From Thermoanaerobaculia bacterium (GTDB taxonomy: Bacteria; Acidobacteriota; Thermoanaerobaculia; Multivoradales; UBA5704), in assembly GCA_044226625.1 (NCBI GenBank), contig JBGAGQ010000002.1, positions 128,001 to 192,000 of the forward strand: a stretch of 64,000 nucleotides of DNA, read 5' to 3'. This document shows, piece by piece, positions 10,611 through 21,314 of the stretch. Positions within the stretch are counted from its first letter, which is position 1. Each line of letters opens with the position of its first letter. The position numbers and the translations under genes were made by a program. The notes beneath the pieces were generated by a model. It ran no database searches. It was not told the DNA's origin and was given only the letters and a program-made list of their open reading frames with translations.

Positions 10611-11557
10611 ACGCGGTCATCGTCGCGGTGACCGAGGAGGTACCGCGCATCCTCGTCGTCCGCCGCGGGCCCGCGGGGCGGAGCGCCCAAGGGGCCGAGG
10701 ACGCATTGCCGTTCGGCCCGCTCGACCCGGAGAGCGATCCGACCCTCGAACGGGGGCTCAGGCGCTGGGTTCACGAGCAGACCGGGCTCGAGCTGGGGTA
10801 CGTCGAGCAGCTCTACACTTTCGGCAATCGTCTGCGCGACCCCGCGGAGGCGGCGACGGGCGGGCGTTCCATTTCGGTCGCCTATCTCGCCCTGGTTCGG
10901 GAGCGCCAGACTCACGGCAGCGGCTCGGCGCGCTGGGAGGACATCTACGGTTACCTCCCGTGGGAGGACTGGCGCGAGGGTCGGCCGGAGATCATCGAAC
11001 GCGCAATTTTGCCCGGGATCGAGCGCTGGATCCGCAGCGGCGACGTCGGGCATCGGAGCGAGCGCCGCGAGCGTGCCGACATCGCCTTCGGACTCTCCGG
11101 CGTCGCCTGGGACGGCGAGCGAGTTCTCGAGCGCTATGAGCTCCTCTACGAAGCCCACCTGGTCGAGGAGGCTCGCCGGGACGGCCAGGAGCCGGAACCC
11201 GGCGGGCCGCCCGAAACCCCCTGGCTCGGCCGCATCGCCGCCCTCGACCACCGCCGGATCCTCGCGAGCGCGCTCGGCCGGCTTCGGGGCAAGCTCAAAT
11301 ACCGACCCGTGGTCTTCGAGCTCCTGCCGCCGCGTTTCACCCTCTTCCAGCTGCAGCGGGTGGTCGAGGCGCTCGCGGGCGTGCGGCTCCACAAGCAGAA
11401 CTTCCGGCGCCTGGTCGAATCCGGGGGCCTGGTCGAGGGAACGGGCCGGCTGACCGAAAAGACCGGCGGCCGGCCCGCGGAGCTGTTCGTCTTCCGGCGC
11501 GAGGTGCTACGGGAACGCCCCGCGCCGGGGGTGGGACTGCCAGGGGTCCGGCGGTAG
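10583..11557 (+). CDS. nadQ: NadQ-type NAD-biosynthesis regulator (Nudix-like + winged HTH)
   Basis: WVHEQTGLELGYVEQLYTFG, PWEDWR, ERYELLYEA, DHRRILA, KLKYRPVVFEL, LHKQNFRRLV and TGGRPA motifs; matching boxes upstream of nadA. Confidence 0.85.
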   Translation: MPQRVDLGLNAVIVAVTEEVPRILVVRRGPAGRSAQGAEDALPFGPLDPESDPTLERGLRRWVHEQTGLELGYVEQLYTFGNRLRDPAEAATGGRSISVAYLALVRERQTHGSGSARWEDIYGYLPWEDWREGRPEIIERAILPGIERWIRSGDVGHRSERRERADIAFGLSGVAWDGERVLERYELLYEAHLVEEARRDGQEPEPGGPPETPWLGRIAALDHRRILASALGRLRGKLKYRPVVFELLPPRFTLFQLQRVVEALAGVRLHKQNFRRLVESGGLVEGTGRLTEKTGGRPAELFVFRREVLRERPAPGVGLPGVRR

Positions 11558-11576
11558 GCGGCGGGCCCTCGAGCTT

Positions 11577-13628
11577 CTACCTTTCCTCGAAGACGTACTC
11601 GTGCTGTGCGTCGCGCAGGGTGAGAGTCCGCTTGGCACCTGCCCCGACGACGAATTCGAATCCCGAAACACCCGGAGCGGTGGTCAGGAACGAAACCGAT
11701 CCATCCGGGTTCTTGCGGGAGGCGACCTCGCTCTTCCATTCGCCGAAATCGAAGACGGTCGCTGCCCCGTCCTTGGTCACCGCGATCTCGCCGAGGGCGG
11801 CGTTCGCGTAGCCGGAAGCGAGCTTGGCCGACTCCGCCGGATCGGCAGGGACGGTGAGGAGCTTGCGGTCGACGGCGACCTGCTCGTAGAAGGCTTTGGC
11901 CGCCGCGGCGACCGAGGCGTCGGCCTCCGGATGACCGTCGAACAGGACCTCGAGGAGCTTGCGCTGGAAGGAGCCGCGGATCAGCCAGCCGAGGTCGGCG
12001 TTGGTGAGCACCACCGCGCCGACGTTCTGCTCGGGCAGCCAGATCATGTCGCTGTGGTACCCGACCATGTCGCCGCCGTGATGAACGACCGGCACGCCGT
12101 AGGTCGAGTCGACCATCAGGCCCATGCCGTAGACGGCGCTTTCGCCGAGCGGCACCTTCTTCTCGCGCCGCTCGAGCAGCGGCTCTTTGCCGATGTAGCG
12201 CGTACCGTCGGGAAGCGTCCCCTGGCGAAGCTCCATCGCCACGTACTTCAACATGTCGTTGACGCTGCTCCAGCCCGCGCCGGCCGGACGAAGGGGGAGG
12301 ACTGAGTAGTCGATGGCGAACACGGCGCGACTCTGTCGGCCGTCGAGGTCGGGAGCGTGCGCCGTGGCGTGGTTGCCCGCGAGCGCCTTGGCGTAGTCGA
12401 AGGTGGTCGAGCTCATGCCGAGGGGATCGAACACCTGTGTCTGCATCGCCTTGTCGTAGGCCGCGCCGAGCTCCAAATCGGGATAGAGCACGTGACCGCC
12501 GATGAATCCGGCCGCCCCGGCGAGCAGGTTCGAGTACTGGAACATCTCGCCGAACTTGCTGGTCGGTTGGACCGTCGCGAGCGTCGACATCGCCCCTTCG
12601 GGCGTCATCCCACCGTACTGGAGCAGCCACTCCATGTCCTGGCGGGGGAGCCCCGTGCAGGCACAGATCAAATGCTCGACGAGCACGCGGCTCGTCGTGT
12701 CGGCGTCGCCGAGCTTGAAGCTCGGGAGGAGTGAGGTCACCGGCGTCGTCCAGGTGAGCTTTCCCTGTTCGACCAGCTTCGCGAGCAGGAGCGTCGTGAG
12801 CCCTTTGGTGTTCGAGGCGATCATGTACAGCGTGTCGGCGTCGACCTTCGTCGGCGTGCCGAGCTCGCGCACGCCGAAGCCGCCCGCGAAGACGACTTTG
12901 CCTTCCTGGACGATGCCGACCGAAACCCCTGGCACACCGGTCGCCTTCTGACCGTCTTCGACGAACTTCGCGAGCGCCGCGAGTCGGGCGGCGTCGAGCC
13001 GGTTCGCCTTCTTGCCGGCGAACGTCTCACGCGTCACACCTTTGGGCAGCAGTTTGCCGAACATCAAACCGAGCTGCGCGGCCCGCTTTTCCTCGACCGC
13101 CTGGTCCATGTCGACGATCACGACGTTCCACGCGCCACCCGCGAAGCGGACCCGCGCCGCGACGTCCCGCTTCTCGTTCGGCGAGGTCTGGTAGACGAAG
13201 ATCCGCTGCTTCGTCCAACCGTCCCGGTCGGGCGCGTCGTGCGTGGCGAGCAGCGGCCATTTCGGTTCCTTGAAAGCGGCCCACGCCGCGGCGAGCGCCG
13301 CTTCCGCGTCCTTCGCCTCGACGTCGACGATCGCGATCCACGAATCCCCTTCTGGAGCTTCGAGGATCGTCGCCGGCCCGCGCACCGAAACGCTCCATCC
13401 CGCCGGTGCGACGAACGGATTGCCGCGCACGGTCGTTTTCGGGGTGTCGGCTGCGAGCCGCTCGGCCGCGGCGGCCGCGGCAGAAGAGGCCGGGTTGGCT
13501 GGCGCCGCATGCGCCGTCTGGGCGGCAGGACAGCAGGTGAAGAGCAGGAGCGCGACAGCGGAAACGTGGGAGGCTGCGCGCAGGGCCATGAGGAGAGTCG
13601 ATGGGTGGGCAGAACGCGGCATCGCCAT
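11577..13628 (-). CDS. Secreted serine hydrolase (beta-lactamase/AmpC-like)
   Basis: IASNTK (SxxK), FQYSN (YxN) and HHGG motifs; signal-like N-terminus. Confidence 0.9.
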   Translation of the reverse strand: MAMPRSAHPSTLLMALRAASHVSAVALLLFTCCPAAQTAHAAPANPASSAAAAAAERLAADTPKTTVRGNPFVAPAGWSVSVRGPATILEAPEGDSWIAIVDVEAKDAEAALAAAWAAFKEPKWPLLATHDAPDRDGWTKQRIFVYQTSPNEKRDVAARVRFAGGAWNVVIVDMDQAVEEKRAAQLGLMFGKLLPKGVTRETFAGKKANRLDAARLAALAKFVEDGQKATGVPGVSVGIVQEGKVVFAGGFGVRELGTPTKVDADTLYMIASNTKGLTTLLLAKLVEQGKLTWTTPVTSLLPSFKLGDADTTSRVLVEHLICACTGLPRQDMEWLLQYGGMTPEGAMSTLATVQPTSKFGEMFQYSNLLAGAAGFIGGHVLYPDLELGAAYDKAMQTQVFDPLGMSSTTFDYAKALAGNHATAHAPDLDGRQSRAVFAIDYSVLPLRPAGAGWSSVNDMLKYVAMELRQGTLPDGTRYIGKEPLLERREKKVPLGESAVYGMGLMVDSTYGVPVVHHGGDMVGYHSDMIWLPEQNVGAVVLTNADLGWLIRGSFQRKLLEVLFDGHPEADASVAAAAKAFYEQVAVDRKLLTVPADPAESAKLASGYANAALGEIAVTKDGAATVFDFGEWKSEVASRKNPDGSVSFLTTAPGVSGFEFVVGAGAKRTLTLRDAQHEYVFEER

Positions 13629-13793
13629 GGCGTACCCCTATCGTCAAAACTCGGTCCTCTTGAAAAGGACCGGGGAAGGTTTCCGTAAGGATACGAGGAT
13701 GGCGAAGCAGGGTTTTGCGTTTGCTCGAATCTCGGGACGAACGCGCCGCCACCCGGTGCGGCCCCGCGCAGCAGGGTGCGCGAATGCGGCGGG

Positions 13794-14813
13794 TTACGAA
13801 ATCGCGAGCCGGGCCGCCTCGACGAGCGCTGGGATCGCCGAATCGGGAAACGGCGCGACGCTGCTCACGTTGATCTCGCAGAGGGCGTAGCGCTCCTCGT
13901 CGTCCCGCTCCCGCTCGCCGAGCAGGAAATCGGCGTCCCAGAGGAGCGGGAGCTCGCGCGGTGCGAGCCTGAGCCGCTCGCGAATCTGGTCCACCCACTC
14001 CTCGTCGAGCCGACGGCGTAGCTCGGCGAAGCGGAGATCGTCGACACCGCTGTAGAGACGCGGCCCCGGTTCGGGAGCTGGTACTTCGCCTTCCGCGGGA
14101 TAGAGCGCGTTGACCGCCTGATGGCCGAAACCGGCGACCTTGTTGCGCACGAGGTACGCTCGGATCATCCCCTCGCGCAGGCGCGGTTGCCAGCTCTGGT
14201 CGATCATGTGGCCACCGTCGGCGAAGTAGGGGGCCATGGTTTCGAGCAGTTGTTCGAAGGGGACCGTTTGCTCGACCGAACCGCGCTGGGCGTGACGCAA
14301 ACGGACGGTTTCTGAATCGACTCGCTCGACTCTCCAGACTCCGATGCCGCTGTGGCCGCGATGCTGCTTGAGCACGCGGGGCCCCTTGGCGAGTCGAAGC
14401 GGAAGCTCGGATCGCAGCTGGTCTAGGTCGTCGACGCGCTGAGCGTCGCATCCGAACGGAAGGTCGCGGAGCTCGACCAGGGCGTCCTTCGTCCCCATGC
14501 GGAGGATCACCTCGGGATGCGCGCTCACGAACGTCCCGCCCTTCGCCACCCGCCGGAGCATCGCATCCAGCACCTGCCGCGTCCGCCCTTTCTCGATCGG
14601 GTTGTGCCAAACGAGAACGCCCCGCACCTCGCGGAGCTGCGCTTCCACCTCGTCGCAGAATTCGTCGTGATAGATCGCGGGCTCGACGGCGACGCCGGCC
14701 TCCCTAAACGCACGGAAGAGCGCCGCGAACCGACTCGCCGCAGGATCCGACCGGTCTCGGGCGGCGCGATCGCCAGGGTAGAGGAGGGCGAGGCGGGGGG
14801 AGGGGGTGGTCAT
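13794..14813 (-). CDS. Cj0069-family ATP-grasp-like protein
   Basis: LVWHNPIE, VSAHPEVILRMGTK, RVLKQHRG-x-SG-x-GVW, LWDADFL and LCEINVSSV motifs. Confidence 0.75.
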   Translation of the reverse strand: MTTPSPRLALLYPGDRAARDRSDPAASRFAALFRAFREAGVAVEPAIYHDEFCDEVEAQLREVRGVLVWHNPIEKGRTRQVLDAMLRRVAKGGTFVSAHPEVILRMGTKDALVELRDLPFGCDAQRVDDLDQLRSELPLRLAKGPRVLKQHRGHSGIGVWRVERVDSETVRLRHAQRGSVEQTVPFEQLLETMAPYFADGGHMIDQSWQPRLREGMIRAYLVRNKVAGFGHQAVNALYPAEGEVPAPEPGPRLYSGVDDLRFAELRRRLDEEWVDQIRERLRLAPRELPLLWDADFLLGERERDDEERYALCEINVSSVAPFPDSAIPALVEAARLAIS

Positions 14814-15013
14814 GAGTCTTTGGTCCTCAGAGGGATGGTCGGATGCTACTCCGGACCGAGGCGGCGCCGTTGACTCTTCCAACGAATCGTGCGAGGTTTT
14901 TCCCGGGCCCCGGACGAGAATTACAGTGGACTGGCTCCGAAGGCCCTCGCCACGCGAGAGAACGCCGACTGGACCGATGGAAGGCGATCCCAATCGCCGT
15001 GAACCTGCGAGCT

Positions 15014-16102
15014 ATGCCCAAGAACAACTTTTCGATTTTTCCACTCGTTCTGTTCCTACTCCTCTTTGCGGACTTCCCTGCTCTCGCCCTCGAACCGGTG
15101 ATCCTGGCGACCAACTGGAAGGCCGAAGCCGAGCACGGCGGGTTCTACCAGGCCATCGCCAAGGGGATCTACAAAAAGCACGGGCTCGAGGTCACGCTTC
15201 GGATGGGCGGACCCCAGGTCAACAACCCGCAGCTTCTCGCGGCCGGGGTGGTGGATTTCAACGTCGGCTCGAGCTCTTTCTCGGCGTTGAACTACGTCAA
15301 GGCGAAGATCCCGATGGTGACCGTCGCGGCGATCTTCCAGAAGGACCCCCAGGTGCTGCTGGCCCACCCGGGCCAAGGGAACGGCTCCCTCGCGGCGATG
15401 AAGGGGAAGCCGATCCTGATCGCGCCGGCCGCGCGGCTCACGTTCTGGAATTTCCTGAAGATTCGCTTCGGCTATACCGACGATCAGATCCGGACCTACA
15501 CTTTCAACATGGCGCCGTTTCTCGCCGACAAGAAGGCGATCCAGGAGGGGTACCTCACGAGCGAGCCGTTCACCCTCCGGAAGGCGGGCTTGAAGCCGGT
15601 CGTCCACGTGCTGGCGGACCATGGGTTCGACAGCTATTCGACGACGATCGAATGCTCTTGGAGGTTGGTGGAGGAGCATCCCGACCGAGTGCAGCGATTC
15701 GTCGACGCGAGCGTCGAGGGCTGGTACGACTATCTCTACGGCGACCCGGGTCCGGGGAATGCCCTGATCAAAAAGGACAATCCGGAGATGACTGACGATC
15801 TGCTCGCCTACGGCCGAGAGGCGATGAAGACGCATGGGGTGGTCGATTCGGGCGATGCGAAGACCCTTGGCATCGGGGCCATGACGGACGCGCGATGGAA
15901 ACGGTTTGCGACGGACATGATCAAAGCAGGCCTTTATCCGGCGAACCTCGACCTCCAGCGGGCTTACACGCTTCGGTTCGTGAATCGTAGGGTCGGCATG
16001 AAACCGGAGGCGCCTCAGGGAAAACCCGGCGTGAAGGCGGGAGGAGCGAAAGGCTCGGGTAAGGGGGGAACTCATGGCAGGGCCGAGCGCGGCCGGAGCT
16101 GA
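15014..16102 (+). CDS. NitT/TauT (NMT1/THI5-like) ABC substrate-binding protein
   Basis: Signal peptide; TNWKAEAEHGGFYQA, GGPQVN, QKDPQ and GYLTSEPF motifs. Confidence 0.9.
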   Translation: MPKNNFSIFPLVLFLLLFADFPALALEPVILATNWKAEAEHGGFYQAIAKGIYKKHGLEVTLRMGGPQVNNPQLLAAGVVDFNVGSSSFSALNYVKAKIPMVTVAAIFQKDPQVLLAHPGQGNGSLAAMKGKPILIAPAARLTFWNFLKIRFGYTDDQIRTYTFNMAPFLADKKAIQEGYLTSEPFTLRKAGLKPVVHVLADHGFDSYSTTIECSWRLVEEHPDRVQRFVDASVEGWYDYLYGDPGPGNALIKKDNPEMTDDLLAYGREAMKTHGVVDSGDAKTLGIGAMTDARWKRFATDMIKAGLYPANLDLQRAYTLRFVNRRVGMKPEAPQGKPGVKAGGAKGSGKGGTHGRAERGRS

Positions 16103-16856
16103 CGCCGAGCCGGTCGTCCGCCTCTCCGGTGTGTCGCAGCGCTTTCCCGGAGGGGTGACCGCGCTCTCCGGCCTCGATCTCGACGTCCGAGCGGGGGAGT
16201 GGCTGAGCCTGCTCGGGCCCTCCGGGTGCGGCAAGAGCACGGCGCTTCGATCGATCGCTGGGCTGCTCGAGCCGTCGGATGGATCGGTCGAGCGTAACCT
16301 TCCCAAACGCCCCGGAAGTTCTTCGATCGGTTTCGTCTTTCAAGAGCCGACGCTCATGCCTTGGGCGACGGTCGAAGGAAACGTCGCCCTACCGCTTCAG
16401 ATTTTGAAGTGGTCGACGGCGGAGATTCGTGCCCGGGTCGGCGAGCTGATCGAGCGCGTGGGGCTTTCCGGTTTCGAGCGCGCTCGGCCGCGCGAGCTTT
16501 CGGGCGGAATGAAGATGCGCGTCTCGATCGCGCGGGCGCTTGCGGCGACGCCGCGGCTGCTGCTGCTCGACGAGCCGTTCGCCGCGCTCGACGAGATCAC
16601 CCGCACGCGGTTGAACGACGAATTGCTCGCGCTCTTTCGCGGGGAGGGCCTAACGGTCGTCTTCGTCACCCACAGTGTGTGGGAGGCGGTCTATCTCTCC
16701 AGCCGGATCGCGATCTTCTCGAATCGTCCGGGACGGGTGGCCGGGGAGGTGGCGATCGATCCCGCGCTGCCACGCGACGCGACGTTTCGAGAGTCGCCCG
16801 AGTACCTCGCGTTCTGTCGAGAGGTTTCGGCAAAGCTCGCTGAGGCGATGGCATGA
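16074..16856 (+). CDS. NitT/TauT ABC ATP-binding protein
   Basis: GPSGCGKST, LSGGMKMR, LLLLDEPFAALD and VTH motifs. Confidence 0.95.
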   Translation: MAGPSAAGADAEPVVRLSGVSQRFPGGVTALSGLDLDVRAGEWLSLLGPSGCGKSTALRSIAGLLEPSDGSVERNLPKRPGSSSIGFVFQEPTLMPWATVEGNVALPLQILKWSTAEIRARVGELIERVGLSGFERARPRELSGGMKMRVSIARALAATPRLLLLDEPFAALDEITRTRLNDELLALFRGEGLTVVFVTHSVWEAVYLSSRIAIFSNRPGRVAGEVAIDPALPRDATFRESPEYLAFCREVSAKLAEAMA

Positions 16857-17674
16857 GCGAGGTGAAGCGGAGCCGCGACGGACGCGTCGCGATTCGAAGG
16901 ATCCAGGCCCTCGGGCTTCCGCTCCTCGTGATGCTGTCGTTCCTTTCGGCTTGGGAAGGGATCGTGCGCTGGCGTGAGATCCCCGAATACATCCTTCCGG
17001 GGCCGCTCCGGATCGCCACCGCGCTAGGCGAGAGCTGGTCCGTTCTCTATCCCTCGCTCCTCGTCACCCTCGCCGTGACGGGGGAGGCGCTGCTCGCAGC
17101 GGTCGTCCTCGGCGGCGGGCTCGCGGTCCTGCTTGCGCAGTCGCGCTGGATCGAGCGGAGCTTCTATCCTCTCGCGGTCGTCTTGCAGGTGACGCCGATC
17201 GTGGCGATCGCGCCCCTTCTATTGATCTGGATCCACGACGTCCGTACCGCGCTCGTCCTGTGCGCGGCGATCGTCGCGTTTTTCCCCATCGTCGCGAACA
17301 CCACCCTTGGCTTGAATAGCGCGGACCACAACCTACTCGATCTGATGAAGCTCTACGGAGCCTCGCGCTGGCAGACCTTCCGCCGCGTGAGACTGCCGGG
17401 CGCGCTGCCCTATTTTCTCGGTGGCTTGCGGATCAGCGGCGGTCTCGCCCTGGTCGGCGCCGTGGTGGCGGAGTTCGTGGCCGGGAGCGGCGGCGTCGAG
17501 ACGGGCCTCGCCTACCGAATCCTGGAATCTGGATACACGTTGCAGATCCCGCGAATGTTCGCGGCGCTCGGGCTTCTTGCAGGGGCCGGGGTAGCGATTT
17601 GGGCGGCGCTTGCCGGCCTGTCGTCGCTGCTCCTTCGCGGTTGGCACGAGAGCGCGCTCCGGCGAGACGGCTGA
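16853..17674 (+). CDS. NitT/TauT ABC permease
   Basis: Multiple TM segments; QVTPIVAIAPL, FFPIVANTTLG, LPGALPYF and GAVVAEF motifs. Confidence 0.92.
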   Translation: MSEVKRSRDGRVAIRRIQALGLPLLVMLSFLSAWEGIVRWREIPEYILPGPLRIATALGESWSVLYPSLLVTLAVTGEALLAAVVLGGGLAVLLAQSRWIERSFYPLAVVLQVTPIVAIAPLLLIWIHDVRTALVLCAAIVAFFPIVANTTLGLNSADHNLLDLMKLYGASRWQTFRRVRLPGALPYFLGGLRISGGLALVGAVVAEFVAGSGGVETGLAYRILESGYTLQIPRMFAALGLLAGAGVAIWAALAGLSSLLLRGWHESALRRDG

Positions 17675-17734
17675 TTCGGTGCAGGCCCGGGCGTTCTCCA
17701 CTCTTCAAGGCCTGACGCGCAGGGTTTTTCGCGG

Positions 17735-18370
17735 CTTGGCCGAAATTGGACCTTGGCACAGGCCTGGGTGCTTCGGTACGCCGAAATTTCGCCGCCGCGC
17801 TCCGAAATTTGAAGGCGGCACACCGCACCCGAGGGCGGCGCTCCGAAATTCTTGGGCTGCGCCGCGTCATTTCGGCTTGGCATTCCGAATTCTAAGTTCG
17901 CTCTCCGCGTCGCGGCGTTGCGCTGGTGAATTTTTGCTGGGCGGAGCGGTTTACCCGCCTGACTTTGGGGATTGTCACGTCGTGACTGGGCAGTGCAGCG
18001 TGAACTTTTGGGATTTCTGCGTGGTCATCCTGAAATTCCGCGCGACTTTGACCTCTGCCACGCTCCGACGGGGTAGTGGAAGGTAAATTTTTCGGATTCT
18101 CGGGCGGAAATCGGGAAAGCCGCGTGACTCTGGGCGCTGCCGCGCTGTCTCTCCACTGAGGCGACCCGAACTGGGGCCGTGCCCAGGAGCGCTTCCGCGA
18201 GGCAGGCCGACTTTGGGCTCCGCCACGTTCATTTTCCCCGGAGGCAGGCCGAGATGCGGCGGCGAAGAGTTTCTCTTTCGGCGGGCAGGCTTCTCATGCG
18301 CGCCGATTCGCGAAATCTCCTTGGCGCGGAGAGAAATATGCGAGTCCCGAGCCGGTTTGCGAAATGTCCT
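17735..18370. repeat. Degenerate ~21-bp periodic repeat region
   Basis: GAAATT-like tracts at 17742, 17783, 17804, 17845, 17866, 17887, 17928 and GAAAT at 18312, 18333. GCGCTCCGAAATT at 17797 and 17838; GAGGCAGGCCGA at 18199 and 18241. Confidence 0.55.
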
Positions 18371-18527
18371 CAAACAATCCTCCACGGGGAGGTCCGGACT
18401 TGGGCGACGCCGCATACGCCTCGAAACCCGGGGCGGAGAGCGCGTGTGCTGAGGCTCACGGAACGAGCGGAGGAAGAGGGTAGGCTTTTTGCAAGCGACG
18501 ACAGCGTGGCCGCACCGTATCGTTCGC

Positions 18528-18559
18528 TTGACGCGGAGTTATGCTCACGTCTAGGATAT
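18528..18559 (+). promoter_or_regulatory. nadA sigma70-type promoter overlapped by an imperfect NadQ box
   Basis: TTGACG (18528-33), 18 bp spacer, TAGGAT (18552-57); ttATGCTCacgtcTAGGATAt at 18539-18559. Confidence 0.7.
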
Positions 18560-18596
18560 CCATGGGCCGGCGCCGCCGGCTTTTTTCGGGTCGTTA

Positions 18597-18617
18597 ATAT
18601 GCTCACGACGAGCATAA
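18597..18617. promoter_or_regulatory. NadQ operator
   Basis: aTATGCTC-acgac-GAGCATAa palindrome matching the NadQ consensus ttATRCTC-n5-GAGYATaa, ending 10 bp before the nadA ATG. Confidence 0.85.
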
Positions 18618-18627
18618 TGGAGATTCG

Positions 18628-19689
18628 ATGAACCAAGGTCCGCTCGCCCCGAGCAGCGCCGCAGCAAACTCCTCGCCGCAAACTCTCGCCTACACTCCGG
18701 AGGTCGCCGCCGCGACCGCCGAGATCTTCAGCCGGGCTCGCTCCGTCATCCCGGAGATCGAGTGGCCGGTTCACGCGCCGTACGTCGCGGCGATCCAGGA
18801 ATGGAAGAAGCGGCGGAACGCCGTCATCCTGGCCCACAACTATCAGTCACCTGAGGTCTACTTCGGGGTCGCCGATTTCTGCGGCGACTCGCTCGCTTTG
18901 GCCCAAGAAGGGGCGAAAACCGACGCCGACGTGATCGTCCTCGCCGGGGTGCACTTCATGGCCGAGACGGCGAAGATCCTGTCGCCGGAAAAGACCGTGC
19001 TGATCCCCGACATGCGCGCCGGCTGTTCGCTCGCCGAGTCGATCACGGCCGAGGACGTGCGCCTCCTGCGCCAGAAATACCCCGGAGTGCCGGTCGTCAC
19101 CTACGTGAACACGTCGGCGGCGGTGAAAGCCGAGACCGACATCTGCTGCACCTCGGCGAACGCCGTCGCGGTGGTCGAGTCGCTGGGCGTGCCCCGGGTG
19201 ATCTTCCTACCCGACGAATACCTGGGCCAGCACGTCGCGAGTCAGACCGACGTCGAAGTGATCCTTTGGCGCGGCCACTGCGAGGTGCACGAGCGATTCA
19301 CCGGCGGGCAGATCCGCGACTTGAGGTCGCGATACGGCGAAGGGCTCCAGATCCTGGCGCATCCGGAATGTCCGCAGGAGGTCCTCGCGGAGGCTGATTT
19401 CGTCGGCTCGACGGCGGGGATGATTCGCTTCGTCGGTACCGAAAAGCCGAAACGGGTGGTGATGGTGACCGAGTGCTCGATGGCCGATAACGTCTCGGTC
19501 GAGCATCCGGACGTCGAGTTCGTCCGGCCCTGCAACCTGTGCCCGCACATGAAGAGGATCACCTTGCCGAAGATCCTCCACTCGCTCGAGACGATGACCA
19601 CCGCGGTCGAGGTCGATCCCGAGATCGCCGCGAGGGCGCGCCTCGCGGTCGAGCGGATGCTCGCGGTCGGTCGCCGGGAGAGCCGATGA
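18628..19689 (+). CDS. nadA: Quinolinate synthase
   Basis: [41 protein letters not shown] and CPHMK motifs. Confidence 0.98.
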   Translation: MNQGPLAPSSAAANSSPQTLAYTPEVAAATAEIFSRARSVIPEIEWPVHAPYVAAIQEWKKRRNAVILAHNYQSPEVYFGVADFCGDSLALAQEGAKTDADVIVLAGVHFMAETAKILSPEKTVLIPDMRAGCSLAESITAEDVRLLRQKYPGVPVVTYVNTSAAVKAETDICCTSANAVAVVESLGVPRVIFLPDEYLGQHVASQTDVEVILWRGHCEVHERFTGGQIRDLRSRYGEGLQILAHPECPQEVLAEADFVGSTAGMIRFVGTEKPKRVVMVTECSMADNVSVEHPDVEFVRPCNLCPHMKRITLPKILHSLETMTTAVEVDPEIAARARLAVERMLAVGRRESR

Positions 19690-21314
19690 GCGCGGCCGGT
19701 GGTTTCGAGGTCCGAGAGACCGACGTCCTCGTGATCGGCACCGGGATCGCGGGTTTGACCGCGGCGCTCGGCTGCTCGCCGTTGCGCGTCGATCTGATCA
19801 CCAAATCGCGCTTCGGTGCGGGCGGTTCGAGCGCCTGGGCGCAGGGGGGCGTGGCGGTCGCCGTCGGCTCGGACGACGCCCCGGCGCTCCACGCCGCGGA
19901 CACGATCGCCGCGGGCGCGGGTCTGAACGATCCCGACGTGGTGGCGATTCTCACCTCCGAAGGCCCGCGGCGGGTCGAGGCGCTGCTCGCTCTCGGCGCG
20001 CGTTTCGATCGCGACGCCGGAGGGCGCCTCAGTCTCGGGCGCGAGGCGGCGCACAGCCGGCGGCGCATTCTCCACGCCCACGGCGACGCGACCGGCGCCG
20101 AGATGGTGCGGACGCTCTCTCAAGCGGTCGATCAGGCGCCCGAGGTCGACGTGTTCGAGCGGACGTTCGCAGTCGACCTGGCGGTGGTCGACGGCGAGGT
20201 CGCTGGAGTGTTCGCCGAGCATCCGGACGGACGCTTCGTGCTTCATGCCGCGCCGGCGATCGTGCTCGCGACCGGCGGGCTCGGGCGAATCTACTCCCGG
20301 ACCACGAACCCGATCGAATCGACCGGCGACGGCCTCGCCATGGCCGCGCGCGCCGGTGCCCGACTGGTCGACGTCGAGTTCGTCCAGTTTCATCCGACGG
20401 CGCTCGCGGCCGGGGCCGATCCCATGCCGCTGTTGACCGAGGCGCTGCGCGGCGAAGGGGCGATCCTGATCGACGACCGCGGGGAGCGTTTCATGCTGGC
20501 CGAGCACCAGGACGCCGAGCTCGCGCCTCGCGACGTGGTGGCACGGGCGATCTGGCGCCAGCTCGCATCCGGCCGCACGGTCTATCTCGATGCGACGAAG
20601 GCGGTAGGGGAGGCGTTTCCCGAGCGATTCCCCACGGTGTACGAGCTCTGTCGCAAACAGGGCCTGGATCCGCGGCGCGAGCCGATCGCGGTCTCGCCGG
20701 CCGCTCACTACCACATGGGTGGAATCGACGTGGACGCGTCGGGCCGAACGTCGCTCTCGGGACTCTGGGCCTGCGGCGAGGTCTCGGCGACGGGCGCGCA
20801 CGGCGCGAACCGCTTGGCGAGCAACTCCCTCCTCGAAGCCCTCGTCTTCGGCGCGCGCGTGGCGGAAGATCTGCGCCGCCCGCGCGTTGCGAGAACCCGT
20901 CGGCATCCTGGGCTCGATGCCCACGCCGCGACGGTCGACATTCCCCCGGGGATCGGCGAGACGCGAACCGCCGAGGTCGTCGCCGAGGTACGTCGCCTGA
21001 TGTGGGAAAAGGTGGGTCTGGTGCGCGACGAGGCTGGCTTGACCGCGGCGCTCGCTCGACTGGACGAGCTCGCCCTCTCGCTGCCGAATCTCGGCGGCGA
21101 GGCGCGAAACCTTCTGGCCGCTGGCCGGCTGGTCGCTGCCGCGGCGCTCGCCCGCCGCGAAAGCCGGGGGGGACACTATCGCAGCGACTATCCGGAGCCG
21201 GATCCGACCTGGCAGGTTCATCTCGCGACGACGCTGACGCTCGATGGGACCGTTCACGTCGAGGTCGAAGGGCCTCCAACCGCCGGCTTGCAAGCCGCGG
21301 GGAGCGTGCGTTGA
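19686..21314 (+). CDS. nadB: L-aspartate oxidase
   Basis: [60 protein letters not shown] and ESRGGH motifs. Confidence 0.97.
   Translation: MSAAGGFEVRETDVLVIGTGIAGLTAALGCSPLRVDLITKSRFGAGGSSAWAQGGVAVAVGSDDAPALHAADTIAAGAGLNDPDVVAILTSEGPRRVEALLALGARFDRDAGGRLSLGREAAHSRRRILHAHGDATGAEMVRTLSQAVDQAPEVDVFERTFAVDLAVVDGEVAGVFAEHPDGRFVLHAAPAIVLATGGLGRIYSRTTNPIESTGDGLAMAARAGARLVDVEFVQFHPTALAAGADPMPLLTEALRGEGAILIDDRGERFMLAEHQDAELAPRDVVARAIWRQLASGRTVYLDATKAVGEAFPERFPTVYELCRKQGLDPRREPIAVSPAAHYHMGGIDVDASGRTSLSGLWACGEVSATGAHGANRLASNSLLEALVFGARVAEDLRRPRVARTRRHPGLDAHAATVDIPPGIGETRTAEVVAEVRRLMWEKVGLVRDEAGLTAALARLDELALSLPNLGGEARNLLAAGRLVAAAALARRESRGGHYRSDYPEPDPTWQVHLATTLTLDGTVHVEVEGPPTAGLQAAGSVR

Noticed and set aside
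17735-18370. CRISPR array or protein-coding ORFs (17610-18086, 18179-18631) in the periodic region
   Set aside because: No identical repeats with unique spacers, no cas genes, and the translations lack recognisable protein features.
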